DNA of 62,746 nt, counting the filler, from Chiloscyllium plagiosum (taxonomy: Eukaryota), in assembly GCF_004010195.1 (NCBI RefSeq). It is 4 parts of one record of this genome, joined end to end, with 100 filler letters (N's around TTAATTAATTAA, not from the genome) between each part and the next. Parts side by side here need not be neighbours in the genome. Positions count along the whole stretch, not along the records: positions 1 to 26,612 come from NC_057717.1; 3 more parts are not named here. One strand, written 5' to 3'. This document shows, in pieces, positions 12,995 to 25,055 of this stretch. The notes below the pieces were generated by a model. The model made no database searches and was not told where the DNA came from. It saw nothing but the letters and a program-made list of their open reading frames with translations. Made by a program: the position numbers and the translations under genes. How positions within the stretch are numbered: the first letter of the stretch is position 1; each line of letters opens with the position of its first letter.

Positions 12995-14413
12995 ATATAC
13001 AGTCATACTGGCACGTGACTGCCAGTATGCCTGTCCATTTGGCCCAGCTGGTCCATGCCAACCAAAATGTCTGTCCACACTCACCCCATTTCCCTGCCCT
13101 TGCTCTGTATCCCTCTAATCCTTTCCAATCTGTGTCTTTGTCCAAATGCCTTTTCAATGTTGTTATCGTACCCACCTCAATCACTTCCACTGGCAGCTCA
13201 GTCCATATGCGTATCACACTCTGTGTAAAAAAGTTGCCCCTCAGGTTCCTTTTTTATACATTTTTTCCTTTCCAAACATTAATGGATGTCCTCTAGTCCT
13301 CGATTCCACAACCTTGGGAAAAATTTTGAAGTATTCACCCCATGCACGCCTCTCATGATTTTATAAGAGTGACACTTCTACAAGAACCCTCTCAGTTCCT
13401 ACGCTGTAAAGAAATAAGTTCTAACCTGTCCAACCTCTGCCGATAACTTAGAGCCTTTAGCCCAGGGAACATCTTTGGAAATTTCTTCTACACTCTTTCT
13501 CGTGCAATAATATCCTTTCCAGAGCAAGGTGAACAAAACTGAACACAATACTCCAACTTAGGCATAACAACATCCTGTACAACTGCAACATAACGTCCCA
13601 ACTTCTAAACTCAATGTGCTGATGTAGGCCAGTGTGCCAACGGCCTTTTTCACTGTCCTGTGTATCTGTGACTCAAATTTCAGATAACCGTGCACCTGAT
13701 CTTCAACGTCCTTTTGTTCCACTACACTCCTTAAGACCCTCTCATGCATCATTAAAATCCTACCTGGATTTGACTTTCCAAAATGCAAGACGTCACACTT
13801 ACCTATAGTAAACGCCAATTGCTATTTCTCAGCCCACTTCCGCAGCTGATCAACGTACTGCTGCAATTTCTGATAATGTTCCTCACTGTTAATTATGCCT
13901 CCTAATTTAGAATCATCTGCAAACTTACTAACCTTGCGTTGTGCACTCTGGTCCAAATCATTGATATAGATAACAAACAGCAATGGATCCTGTACCGACC
14001 CCTGAGGCACTCCACTAGTCACAGGCCTCCAGTCCGACAAGCATACATCCAACATAGCCATTTGATTCATATCGTCAAACCAATTGTGCCGCAAATTTGC
14101 CAGTTTACATTAGAGTCCATGCAATCTAACCTTCCAGAGCGGCCTACCATGTGGAACATTATCAAAGGCCTTTCTGAAATCCATATAGACTATTTCCACC
14201 ACCCTACCCTTGTCAATCTTCCTGGTCACTTCCTCAAAAACTCTAACAAAATTTGTAGGGCGTGATCTGCCACGCACAAAGCTATGCTGACTGCTCCAAG
14301 TCAAACTGTCTTTCCAAATGCATGCATATCTTATACCTCAGAACCTTCTCAAGCGGTTTACCGAAAACAGATGTGAAACCTACTGGTCTATCTTTCACAG
14401 GCATTTATTTGCA
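12995..14413 (-). mobile_element. CR1 LINE 3' part (RT pseudogene), runs into gap
   Basis: ORFs 13822..14094 and 14110..14304 (YMDFRKAFD, VTSGVPQGS, KFADD). Confidence 0.95.
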
Positions 14414-14913
14414 NNNNNNNNNNNNNNNNNNNNNNNNNNNNNNNNNNNNNNNNNNNNNNNNNNNNNNNNNNNNNNNNNNNNNNNNNNNNNNNNNNNNNNN
14501 NNNNNNNNNNNNNNNNNNNNNNNNNNNNNNNNNNNNNNNNNNNNNNNNNNNNNNNNNNNNNNNNNNNNNNNNNNNNNNNNNNNNNNNNNNNNNNNNNNNN
14601 NNNNNNNNNNNNNNNNNNNNNNNNNNNNNNNNNNNNNNNNNNNNNNNNNNNNNNNNNNNNNNNNNNNNNNNNNNNNNNNNNNNNNNNNNNNNNNNNNNNN
14701 NNNNNNNNNNNNNNNNNNNNNNNNNNNNNNNNNNNNNNNNNNNNNNNNNNNNNNNNNNNNNNNNNNNNNNNNNNNNNNNNNNNNNNNNNNNNNNNNNNNN
14801 NNNNNNNNNNNNNNNNNNNNNNNNNNNNNNNNNNNNNNNNNNNNNNNNNNNNNNNNNNNNNNNNNNNNNNNNNNNNNNNNNNNNNNNNNNNNNNNNNNNN
14901 NNNNNNNNNNNNN

Positions 14914-15090
14914 CAACTGCTCAAGATTGGGACACAGGAACAAATGCTTGAGACTGGGGCACAGGGAAAGGAGGGAGTCACTCAGAACTCGAGACTGGGA
15001 CACAGGAACAGGAGGCAGTTGCTCAAATTGCTTGAGACTGTGACACAGGAACAGGAAGGAGTCATTCAGAGCTCGAAACTGGGGCACAAC
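14914..15090. repeat. Minisatellite, ~41-bp unit (actcgagactgggacacaggaacaggagggagtcactcaga-like)
   Basis: 'gagactgggacacaggaaca'-like motif recurs about five times right after the gap. Confidence 0.7.
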
Positions 15091-15509
15091 GAAATCTGGA
15101 GGTTAGTGAGGCCCCAGAATCCTGTTTTTCAAGGGCAGCAGGAGGTGATTCACACCCCACCTGTACGGGACACCGGGAGAGAAGGGGAGTTTGCTTGGAA
15201 CAAACAGAAATATATGAATAAGTTGCATTAGTGGTCCATTCAATCCTAATCCATCATTCACAAAGACCATGGCTGATCTGATTGTGATTCCCTCATTCCA
15301 TTTTACGGAGACTCCCCTTCCAGCAGCCTCTGCTCCATTTGTTAGTCATGTTGCAGATTCAGATGCTGCAACAACACTCACCATGACTCATCCAGAAGGA
15401 TGGCTCTAACAGGATGAGTCAGAATTTGAAGGGTCAATCACAAGAATGAAAACACAAAATAAAGTTATTGTCAGATGTTTTGTACTCTCACATTCACAAT
15501 CCAACTCAC

Positions 15510-15845
15510 ATAACCAGCCCATCCGTTACGTATTCAGGATGGAGCACTGTGTAGATCCAGCTAGTGTACAGCTGTATGCAACCCAGCAATGTCCAGAGTG
15601 AAACACGATGCAGCCCATACGAATGATTGATCTATAATCCTGGACTAAATGTGGGGAGCTGTGCAGTCCGCAGGCATTTATAAACCCAGGCTGTGGCATT
15701 GTTCGGTAACACTGTGTTAGATCACTTCCCAGTATGGGGAATAATATAACCAATGCTGAAAGTGACAGGATGTGCAGTTCCCATCCATTTACATCTCCAT
15801 ATCTCCACTGTGCCGTGACAAGGGATGCTGCGAATGTGAAATTCA
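15510..15845 (-). pseudogene. Frameshifted SRCR (scavenger receptor cysteine-rich) domain-like exon
   Basis: Bounded by a polypyrimidine-CAG acceptor (tctcttccttgcag) and a GTGAGT donor; 336 bp. Stitched frames give IPCHGTVEIW...GT, CHSLG, PTFSPG, MGC...SLW.C and QCS/HPEYV, in SRCR motif order. Confidence 0.5.
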
Positions 15846-15899
15846 CTGCAAGGAAGAGATGTAAATGGAAACAATTTAAATACCAATAGCTCTGATTAA

Positions 15900-18510
15900 G
15901 GCGCATATCACTCTAGTATTTAAAGATGAAATAACTGAGATAATATCCAATGAGGCTTTGTTAACGGTGCAAAGAAGTAGGAGGGTGGTGGTGTTGTTAT
16001 AGTGGTTGCACCATAAGCCTCCAAATGGGAATTAGAGGAACAAATAGGCAGGGAGACTGATGAGACTTGCAGGAGCAATAGGGTTGTCATTATAGATGAT
16101 TTTTATTTTCCTAACATAGACTGGGACTTCCAGATGGTTAAGAACTTAGATGGAACGTAATTTGTTAATTGTGTTCAGGAAAGTTTCCACAATCAATATA
16201 TAGATTATCCTACTGGGGAAGGGACAAACTAACCTACTTGTGGAAAATAGGGTAGGATAGAGGACGGAGGTAAAGTGGGGGAGCATTTTGGGAAAAGTTA
16301 CTAGAACTGTATTAATTTTAAAATAGTTATGGGAGGGACAAAATTGGTTCACGGATTCAAGTTCTAAGTTGGGGCAAGGTGTATTTTGTTGGAATTAGAC
16401 AGGGGATTGCAGGGAATAATTAGAGTAGCTTGTTTCCAAGTAAAAGTATCCCGCGCAAGTGGGAGAGCTTCAAAAGTGAGATAGCTCGAGTTCAAGGTCT
16501 ATATGTTCATGTGAGGGTGAAGGGAAAGTGAGGCTGGAAGAAAGAACCCTGGATGACAAGAGATATTGAGGCTATGACCAGAAAAAATAGAAGGCGTGTC
16601 TCAGGTACAGGCAGCTGGGACGAAGGGAATCCCTGGAGGTACACAGGGGATACAGGAGTTTACTGAAGAAGGAAATCAGCAAGGCGAAAAGGGGGTATAA
16701 GATAGCCTTGGCTGAGCAGATTGGTGTGAATCCAAATTCAGTATAGGAAAGAAAAAGAAAAAACAGAGAGAGAATAGGACGTCTTAAAAAACAAAATGGG
16801 TACGTATGTGTAAAACCTCAAGAGATGGTTGAGTTCGTCAACTCCCACTCTGTGTTTACCATGAAGAAAGACATGAAGACCTGTAACTTTTGGGACGTTA
16901 ATTGTCTTATCTTGGTACAGTCCATATCAGAGTAGAGGTGCTGACGGACAAATTAGAATGCATAAAGTCAGATAAATCTCTTGGTCCTGACCAGATATAT
17001 CTAAGATTACTGCAAGAGGCGAGAGAAAACAGATCAGGGGCCAAGGACCCGGAAGACTGGGCGGTAACAAATGTGCCTTTATTCAAGAAGGGCTGCAAAG
17101 AAAAGCCCGAGAAATATAGACTAGTAAGCTTCATATCTGTTTTCGGTACACCGCTTGATAAGGTTCTGAGATATAAGATATGCATGCATTTAGAAAGACA
17201 AAGTTTGACTTAGAGTCGTCAGTGTAGCTTTGTGCGTGCCAGATCATGCCTTACAATTTTTGTTAGAGTTTTCGAGGAAGTGACCAGGAAGGTTGACAAA
17301 GGCAGGGTGGTGTACATAGTCAATATGGATTTCAGTCAGGCCTTTGATAAGGTTCTGCATGGTAGACCGCTCTGGAAGGTTAGGTTGCATGAACTCCAAT
17401 GTAAACTGGCAAATTGGCGACACAATTGGCTTGACGTTATGAAGAAAATGGCTATGGTGGAGGTATGCTTGTCGGACTGGAGGCCTTTAACTAGTGGAGT
17501 GTCTCAGTGGTCGGTCCTGGGCCCTTTGCTGTTTGTTATCTATATCAATGTTTTGGACCAGAGTGCGCAACGCAAGGTTAGTAACTTTACAAATGACTTT
17601 AAATTAGGAGGCATCATTTACAGTGAGGAACATTATCAGAAATTGCAGCAGTACCTTGGTCAGCTAAGTAAGTGGGCTGAGAAAGAGCAAATGATGTTTA
17701 ATAGAGAAAAGTGTGACGTCTTGCATTTTGGAAAGACAAATCTGGTTGGGGGTTTAATGGTGAATGAGAGGGTCGTAAGGAGTGTTGTGGAACAAAAGCA
17801 CGTTGGAGATCAGGTGCACGGTTATCTGAAATTTGAGTCACAGATACACAGGACAGTGAAGAAGGCTGTTGGCACAGTGTCCTTCAGCAACACATTGAGT
17901 ATAGAGGTTGGGACGTTATGTTGCAGTTGTACCGGATGTTGGTAAGGCTGCAGTTGGAGTATTGTGTTCAGCTTTGTTCACCTTGCTCTAGAAAGGATAT
18001 TATTGAACGAGGAAGAGTGTAGAAGAAATTTACAAAGATGTTTCCTGGGCTAAAGGCTCTAAGTTATAGGCAGAGGTTGGACAAGTTCGAACTTATTTCT
18101 TTACAGCGTAGGAAACTGAAGGGTTCTTATGGAAGTGTAACTCTAATAAAATCATGAGAGGCGTGCATGGGGTGAATACTTCAAAGTTTTTTCCCAGGGT
18201 TGGGCAATCGAGGACTAGAGGATATCCATTAATGTTTAGAAAGGAAAAAATATATTAAAAAGGAACCTGAGGGGCAACTTTTTTACACAGAGTGTGGTAC
18301 GCACATGGACTGAGCTGCCTGTGGAAGTGATTGAGGTGGGTACAGTAACAACATTGAAAAGGCATTTGGACAAATACACAGATAGGAAAGGATTAGAGGA
18401 ACACAGAGCACGGGCAGGAAATGGGGTGAGTGTGGATGGACACTTTGGTTGGCATGGACCAGCTGGGCCAAATGGTCAGTCATACTGGCAGTCTCGTGCA
18501 GTATGACTGT
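15900..18510 (+). mobile_element. CR1 LINE ORF2 pseudogene (EN 3' part to tail); paralog of 12995-14413
   Basis: ORFs 16902..17213 and 17232..17945; endonuclease-like 'gatgatttttattttcctaacatagactgg' upstream. Confidence 0.95.
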
Positions 18511-19087
18511 AAATGAATGTGTTGTGGAGTGGAGGCAGAGTGGGGGAGACTGAGAAAAAATGTCATGGAAGGATATGTTCACAGGTTTCAAAATGCTGAA
18601 ATGAAGACAGATCGATAGCATCATGCAACACGGGTCAGTATGATGAAGAATTATGAGTGAAAGGGATATTGCTGTGAGTTCAGGCGATGGAGAGTTTTGG
18701 ATGAGCATTTGTTCTGCAGCTTTGTAACTGTGAGTCAGGATACCAGTGTCTTCGCCTCACTGGGGTGAATCTAACAAAAAACTGTCTCAATGACATTTTC
18801 ATTGAGTGTGACAGAGGGGTTGTCTGCACGAGACTGAACAAGTTTCCTGGTGCTATCTTACCAAACTCATCTCATTGAATACCCACCCCACTCCATGGTG
18901 TCCCTCTCATACAATGCCAGCCCGATTCTTCCACTCATCATGACTGGAGGTACTCACCATCGCCCGGAGGTCCCTGAATATTTCGTGATCCCTGATACTG
19001 GGGCCATCTTTAAAAGGCGAATGGGCACACGGTTGAGCTTTCTCAGTTTGGAGCTGCCCTGCACAGTTTACCACGAGCATGGCAGGT

Positions 19088-19285
19088 AAGGGGCAATTAC
19101 ACCACGGTTTCTTGACAGGGGCATGGAGGTCCAGGTGGATGGGCTAGTACAGAGGGAGACCATTCTCTTCCCAGAGGGAACACACCACCAGACTCACCGA
19201 GCATGTTCTGAGCTCACCACCCACCTCAGACTCCTGGGGTCTGATGAAATGTCCAGCAAAACAGGACAACCATCAAGAACCTTCC
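19088..19285 (+). pseudogene. Harbinger Myb/SANT-like remnant (paralog of 12225-12420)
   Basis: Translation PRFLDRGMEVQVDGLVQRETILFPEG...RACSELTTHL. Confidence 0.65.
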
Positions 19286-19400
19286 CCACTCTGTCAAAAT
19301 AAGGGTCACTGTATTCTCTCTGCTCCCTCACACTCACTATATATCTGTTATAGAACCGGCAGCCGAACAAGGCTTATGCTCTACCACTCTCACTACTGCA

Positions 19401-19660
19401 CGGGCATGGTGGCACAGTGGTTAGCACTGCTGCCTCACAGCGCCAGAGACCACGGTTCAATTCCCGCCTCAGGCGACTGACTATATGGAGTTTGCACATC
19501 TTCCCCATGACTGCGTGTCTTTCCTCCGGGTGCTCCGGTTTCCTCCCACAGTCCAAAATTGTGCAGGTTAGGTGAATGGGCCATGCTAAATTGCCCGTAG
19601 TGTTAGGTGCAGGGGGCAATGGGTCTGTGTGGGTGCGCTTCCGCGGGTCGATGTGGACTT
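19401..19660 (+). mobile_element. HE1/V-type SINE, relatively young, lacking its normal 3' tail
   Basis: A/B-box head 'ggtggcacagtggttagcactgctgcctcacagcgccagagaccacggttcaattccc' and V core; joins directly into CR1 at ~19661. Confidence 0.9.
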
Positions 19661-20195
19661 ATTCTGGTCTCCTTCCTATCCGAAAGATGTTGTGAAACTT
19701 GAAAGGGTTCAGAAAATATTTACAAGGATGTTGCCAGGGTTGGAGGATTTGAGCGATAGAGAGAGGCTGAATAGGCTGGGGCTGTTTTCACTGGAGCATT
19801 GGATGCTGAGGGGTGACATTATAGAGGTTTTCAAAATTATAAGCGGCATGGACAGAGTAATTGAGTAAAGTATTTGCCCTGGTGTCAGGGAGACAGAAGT
19901 GGAGGGCATAGTTTTAGGGTGAGAAGGGAAAGATATAAAAGAGACCAACGGGGCAACTACTTCACACAAAAGGAGGCATGTGTATGGAATGAACTGCCAG
20001 GTGAAGTGGGGAGGCTGGTAAAAGTGCAACATTTAAGAGACATATGGATGGGTATATGAATAGGAAGGGTTTGGTGTGTTATGGGCCAGGTGCTGGCAGG
20101 TGGGACTAGATTGGTTTGGGATATGTGGTCAGCATGGATGAGTTGGATCGAAGGGTCTGTTTTCATACTGTACATCTCTATGACTCTATGACTTA
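19661..20195 (+). mobile_element. CR1 3' end (surviving part of the paralog of 8931-10620)
   Basis: ORF 19629..19868 (KDVVKLERVQKIFTRMLPG); tail tctatgactctatgac. Confidence 0.9.
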
Positions 20196-23140
20196 TGTTA
20201 ATCTTTATTTTTTGGCTCAACATACTGGTGAGAAAGTCCAAAGGGATATTCTCCATGACTAGCTTACAAAACCCAACAGGACCTGGGGGTTTCAGACATC
20301 CAACACAGCAGGATATTTTTTCTCAGCACAGAAAGTAAGGATATAATGTCTTTCCCATGTGCATCTGCGTAAGATACTCTGGGCAGGCACAGGAAAAGAG
20401 AAACCGGGTCCATTTCCAATTCGGTCCCCAAGACCCACTCTAACACACCTAACACAGTGATCCAATATATACAAAGCCTGCAGCAGGACCACATGCAATG
20501 AGTAATTGTGCCTGTAGTCATTCTGCATTTAGGACCTGCTGCAGATAATCCCACATTGAATATTGAGAGAAAATCTGATGTCAGATAGACCCTATGAAGA
20601 ATTTTCAACTGCATGGAATGGATCCCATTCCAGATCACAATCCTTCTAGCATTTTCACAAATATCCTCCCATGTCTCCAAAGAGATCTAAACCCCGCCCC
20701 CCAACTCTCTCGCACAGACGTCACGAAGCTGCACAGTCTTGTCTGAGGGGACACTTTCCAAAAAATGCTAAAGGGTACTGACAAAGAGTGTATCCTTAGC
20801 AATAAGCACCCGCTTCTCTGTATCGGATCTGTAAAAGTCTGTTAAAAGTGTGCGTCTTTTTAAAATCAAATCTCGAATCTGGAAAACAAAACAGAAGAAG
20901 TCTGTACTAGATAGTCCATACTTACGAGTTATTTGATCAAATGATATCATTGTTTTTCCCTCAAGTAACACGTGATGGCTCGGTGGTTTACATACTGACT
21001 CACCGCACCAGGGTCACGGGTTTGGTTCCAGTCTTGGGTGATTGGCTGTGTGGAGTTAGTATGTTCTCAACTGTGTCTGCGTAGGTTTCCTCCCACAGTT
21101 ACAAAGATGTGCAGGTTTGATGAATTTGCTATTGCTTAATCGCCCATAGTGTTCCAGGATCTGTAAGTTCAGGCATTAGTCAGGATAAATATAAGATGGT
21201 AGGGGAATTGGTCTGGGTGGGTTACTCCTCAGAGGGTTGAGGTGGACTTGCTGGGCCCAAGGGCTTGTATCCACACTGTAGGAATTATATTAATTCTAGA
21301 TCACCCAAGCAAGGTACCCCCCTTGCTGCCCACAGTTTAAACCTGGAATCCATTATCCCCGGTTGACAGCGCGGTATACCAATTAAAGGGGTAAGAAACA
21401 TGGTTTTGGCTGTATTGCCCTCGATCTGACACATTGTCCTTCAAGTTTTAACAGTATTGATAATCATTAGTTTTTGACAATACTCCGTAAATGTTGTCAT
21501 TTTGTCGAAGAACAACAGACTAATAAGGGTTCACTTTGACTGAGAGGGCTCAATGTCTAGCCGTATTGACGCCGATTCATCAGCGGCCCAGGCACTAACA
21601 TAGGACGATAGAAGAACTTAATTGATTGCTTTTAATCGGGGAGATCTACTCCCCACAATGTGTGGGGCAGTTGCAATTTTGTTAGCTTGATAAAGAATCG
21701 CTTATGGTGTCAAATAAAAGAGCTAAACCAGCCATTATGTTTCCTAAATATCTGTCTGGGAAACATCAAAGAAAACATTCGCACGGGGTGCAGGAAATGA
21801 GGAAGGACATTCATTTTCATAACAGCTATCCGACCTAGCCAGGATATTGGAAATGCCTCTCTTCTTTGAAAGTCTTATTTAATTTTGTCAAACAAATGGA
21901 CAGAGTTCACGTTAAATAAATGGTCAAAGACAGATGTAATGAATATACTGAAATTGGGAAAGCACCCCAGTGACCATTTAAAAGGAAACCAGGATTTGCC
22001 TCAGTATCAGGTATTTCCCTAAGACCTCCCATAGGCATGGCCTCCAACTTTGTAAAATTAATCTTATCACCCGGAAAGGCTACAAGCAAATTAATGCATT
22101 GCATCACATGAATTACCGAAATTGCGGGATGGACAAAAAACATAAGATCCTCATCTGCATACAACGTAATCTTACGTGACTTCTATCCCACTTCTGGGGC
22201 CGATGTGTTGGCATCCCTACGGATGGCCTCCACCAGTGGCTCAATCACCAATGTCAACAACAAGGTTTCAGCCTTGTCGGCTACCTGGAGAAATATTAAT
22301 ATTACTAATTGGCACACCATTAGTGAGAACCACAGCCAGGGGATTACCGTAAAGGACTCTCACCCACTTGATAAAAACTTTGTGTAGACCAAACTGTTCT
22401 AACGTACAGAAGAGATCCGGCCACTCAACCCAATCAAATGCCTTCTCTCATCTAAAGAGATCAATAATCCCTGGACAGATTGTTGTTGACACTCTTGGAT
22501 CATATTGAGTAAATTCTTAACGTTGTAGGAAGATCTGCGGCACTTTATAAAGCATGTTTGGTCCTCTTTGGCAACGGAAGGCAGCAATGTTTCCAGCCTT
22601 AATCCACGTGTCTCAGACAGGATTTTGAAACTAAGTGAGATTGGCGTGTAATAAGCACAATCCTCCAGGGTCTTCCTTTCTTCAGCATCAGTGAGATATG
22701 AACCTCTCTTAAGGATGGATGGAGGGATTCGTGACTGTATGAGTGATGGAACACGTTAAACATCAGCCCTTACAATAGATTTATAAATCTCATACAGGCT
22801 GCATTAATCCTTTTGGAATCGAAGGTAAGGATCCCAGTACCTTCCCTAATTGAGATAATGGCTTGAGAGGGTCGTTTTCCTGGCAAGATAGGCTAAATAC
22901 TTGCCTGGTTTATCACCATGTGCAAACAGCCTTTGTTTTGCAAAAGTAAGTTTCTTCTTGGCTGTCTGTTTGAGCGTGGAATTCACTGTAGACCGACGCA
23001 TTGTGATCCTCTGCAGCTTAGCCACTGAGGGACAATCACAGTATGCCCTCTCGGCTGCCCTCAGCTGTGCCTCAAACCAGCATTCCTGCTCCCCCTTCTG
23101 CTGCATCCTAAGGAATAATTATTCCCTTGGCATAAGCCAG

Positions 23141-23474
23141 GAAGACTGGATGTTGGCTAACGTGGTGCCACTGTTTACGAAGGGTGGTAAGGACAAGCCA
23201 GGGAACTATAGACCAGTGAGCCTGACGTTGGTGGTGGGCTAGTTGTTGGAGGGAATCCTGAGGGACAGGATGTGCATGTATTTGGAAATGCAAGGAATGA
23301 TTAGGGATAGTCAACATGGCGTTGTGCGTGGGAAATCATGTCTGACAAACTTGATGGAGTTTTTTCGACGAAGTATCAAAGAGGATTGACGAGGGCAGAG
23401 GTCTAGATGTGATCTACATGGACTTCAGTAAGGGTTTCGACAAGGTTCCCCATGGGAGGCTGATTAGCAAGGTT
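23141..23474 (+). mobile_element. Internal CR1 RT fragment flanked by a 223-bp direct duplication of L1 sequence
   Basis: EDWMLANVVPLFTKGGKDKPGNYRPVSLT; no tail. Flanks 22918-23140 and 23475-23697 differ at 3 positions that I could see. Confidence 0.9.
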
Positions 23475-24791
23475 ATGTGCAAACAGCCTTTGTTTTGCAA
23501 AAGCAAGTTTCTTCTTGGCTGTCTGTTTGAGCGTGGAATTCACTGTAGACCGACGCATTGTGATCCTCTGCAGCTTAGCCACTGAGGGACAATCACAGTA
23601 TGCCCTCTTGGCTGCCCTCAGTTGTGCCTCAAACCAGCATTCCTGCTCCCCCTTCTGCTGCATCCTAAGGAATAATTATTCCCTTGGCATAAGCCAGCAA
23701 TTTCCCATAGAATGGATGGTTTACTGGTTGAATCTCAATTAATGGCTAAGAAAGATCTGAATTCATTGCAGAAATACTCAGTGAACTAACTAGCCTTAAA
23801 ATAAAGGGATACATTCGCCAGTGTCTCGAATCTGTTATATTGCCCTTAATCTTTATCAATAAGTATACTGCTTCATGTTCAGACTGGTAATATTCCCAAT
23901 TGTGCAGGATGCCACCGAATCTAAGATTGTTGCAGGGATGGGGAAGATATCAACCCTCATGTAGCATTTCTGCGCGTTAAAGAAGAAAATAAAATCCCTA
24001 CTAGCGAGGTAGATCTGCCTCCAGACCTCCACCAGCTCTAGTTTTGCACACAAATGCACAAATTGCTTACATTATAACGAGGTTATTGAGGGACCTTTGG
24101 ACATTCTGTCCATTGTGGGGTACGTAAGACAGTTGAAGTCGTCTACAATAATGTGCCACGAGGCAAGATAACTTAATTTGAAAAATACATCTACCATGGT
24201 TTTAAGACGGTGCGCCAGGAGGCAATAAACATTCAAAATACTGTATTCTTTCCCATAGTTCAAGGATTTCGGGATTATGATCCTCCTGTGACTGTCTAAT
24301 ATAATCTAGTAATTTAACTGGAAGATTCTACCTATCCAGTAAGGCTTCTCTCCTACTCCCACTATTAAAAAACGAGAAATAAACCCGATCAAACCCGCCC
24401 TGCTGTGATGTCAAATGTTCCTTGTCATCAAGGTGCATCTCCTGCAATACGACAATATCCACCCTCTCCTTTCTAAGACTAGAAAGTACATTTTTGCTCT
24501 TGAGAGGACGATGGCTCCGCTTATTGTTCCAGGTACACCATTTAAGCACATCATTATCCATCACACGTTGTAGCAACATCTGAGTTCGAGAGAGGAAGAA
24601 CTCGAATTACACATCACTGATCATGAATGAAAAAAGACTCATAGAGCTTAAAAACAACACGAACGAAGACTACTACTACTAACAAGCTCTCAAAACTTTC
24701 CAAAACTAAACTCATAAAAAAACAAAAAATGCAACAAAATCCAAAGTGCCAATGACACTCAATAGGGAATTTACCCCACGCCCGCCCAGTG

Positions 24792-25055
24792 GGGACGGTT
24801 ACATATCCCAAAACTTTATCTTCTGCCTGCTACCAATATGACATCCAGGGCAATTAACAACAGAAATCGGGTTTCAACTGCCCTTTGGTCGGTATTGAAT
24901 CATCACAACTACCTTTGTAACCCGGGACGGTTACATATCCCAAAACTTTATCTTCTGCCTGCTACCAATATGACATCCAGGGCAATTAACAACAGAAATC
25001 GGGCTTCAACTGCCCTTTGTTCGGTATTGAATCATCACAACTACCTTTGTAACCC
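24792..25055. repeat. 132-bp tandem duplication (right arm only)
   Basis: 24792-24923 is repeated at 24924-25055; visible as a 44-aa repeat in ORF 24838..25194. Confidence 0.95.

Larger units (their letters stand above)
1..14413 (+). repeat. Left arm of large inverted segmental duplication (probably continues beyond window start)
   Basis: Bases 1-60 match the reverse complement of 29041-29100 with 3 mismatches. Colinear inverted similarity continues through CR1, SINE, L1, Harbinger and CR1 blocks up to the gap at 14414. Paired ORFs: 194..442(-) vs 28663..28899(+), and 12420..12719(-) vs 18850..19089(+). Confidence 0.95.

Noticed and set aside
14262..15087. Long ORFs spanning N-gaps (also ~29.4-30.1 kb and ~49.4-50.1 kb)
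   Set aside because: Their length comes from X residues.
15526..15906. 126-aa ORF as an Ig V domain, with CACAGTG at ~15545-15551 (minus) as an RSS heptamer
   Set aside because: No canonical B-strand Cys or C-strand Trp, and no nonamer at 12 or 23 bp; SRCR motifs explain the region better.
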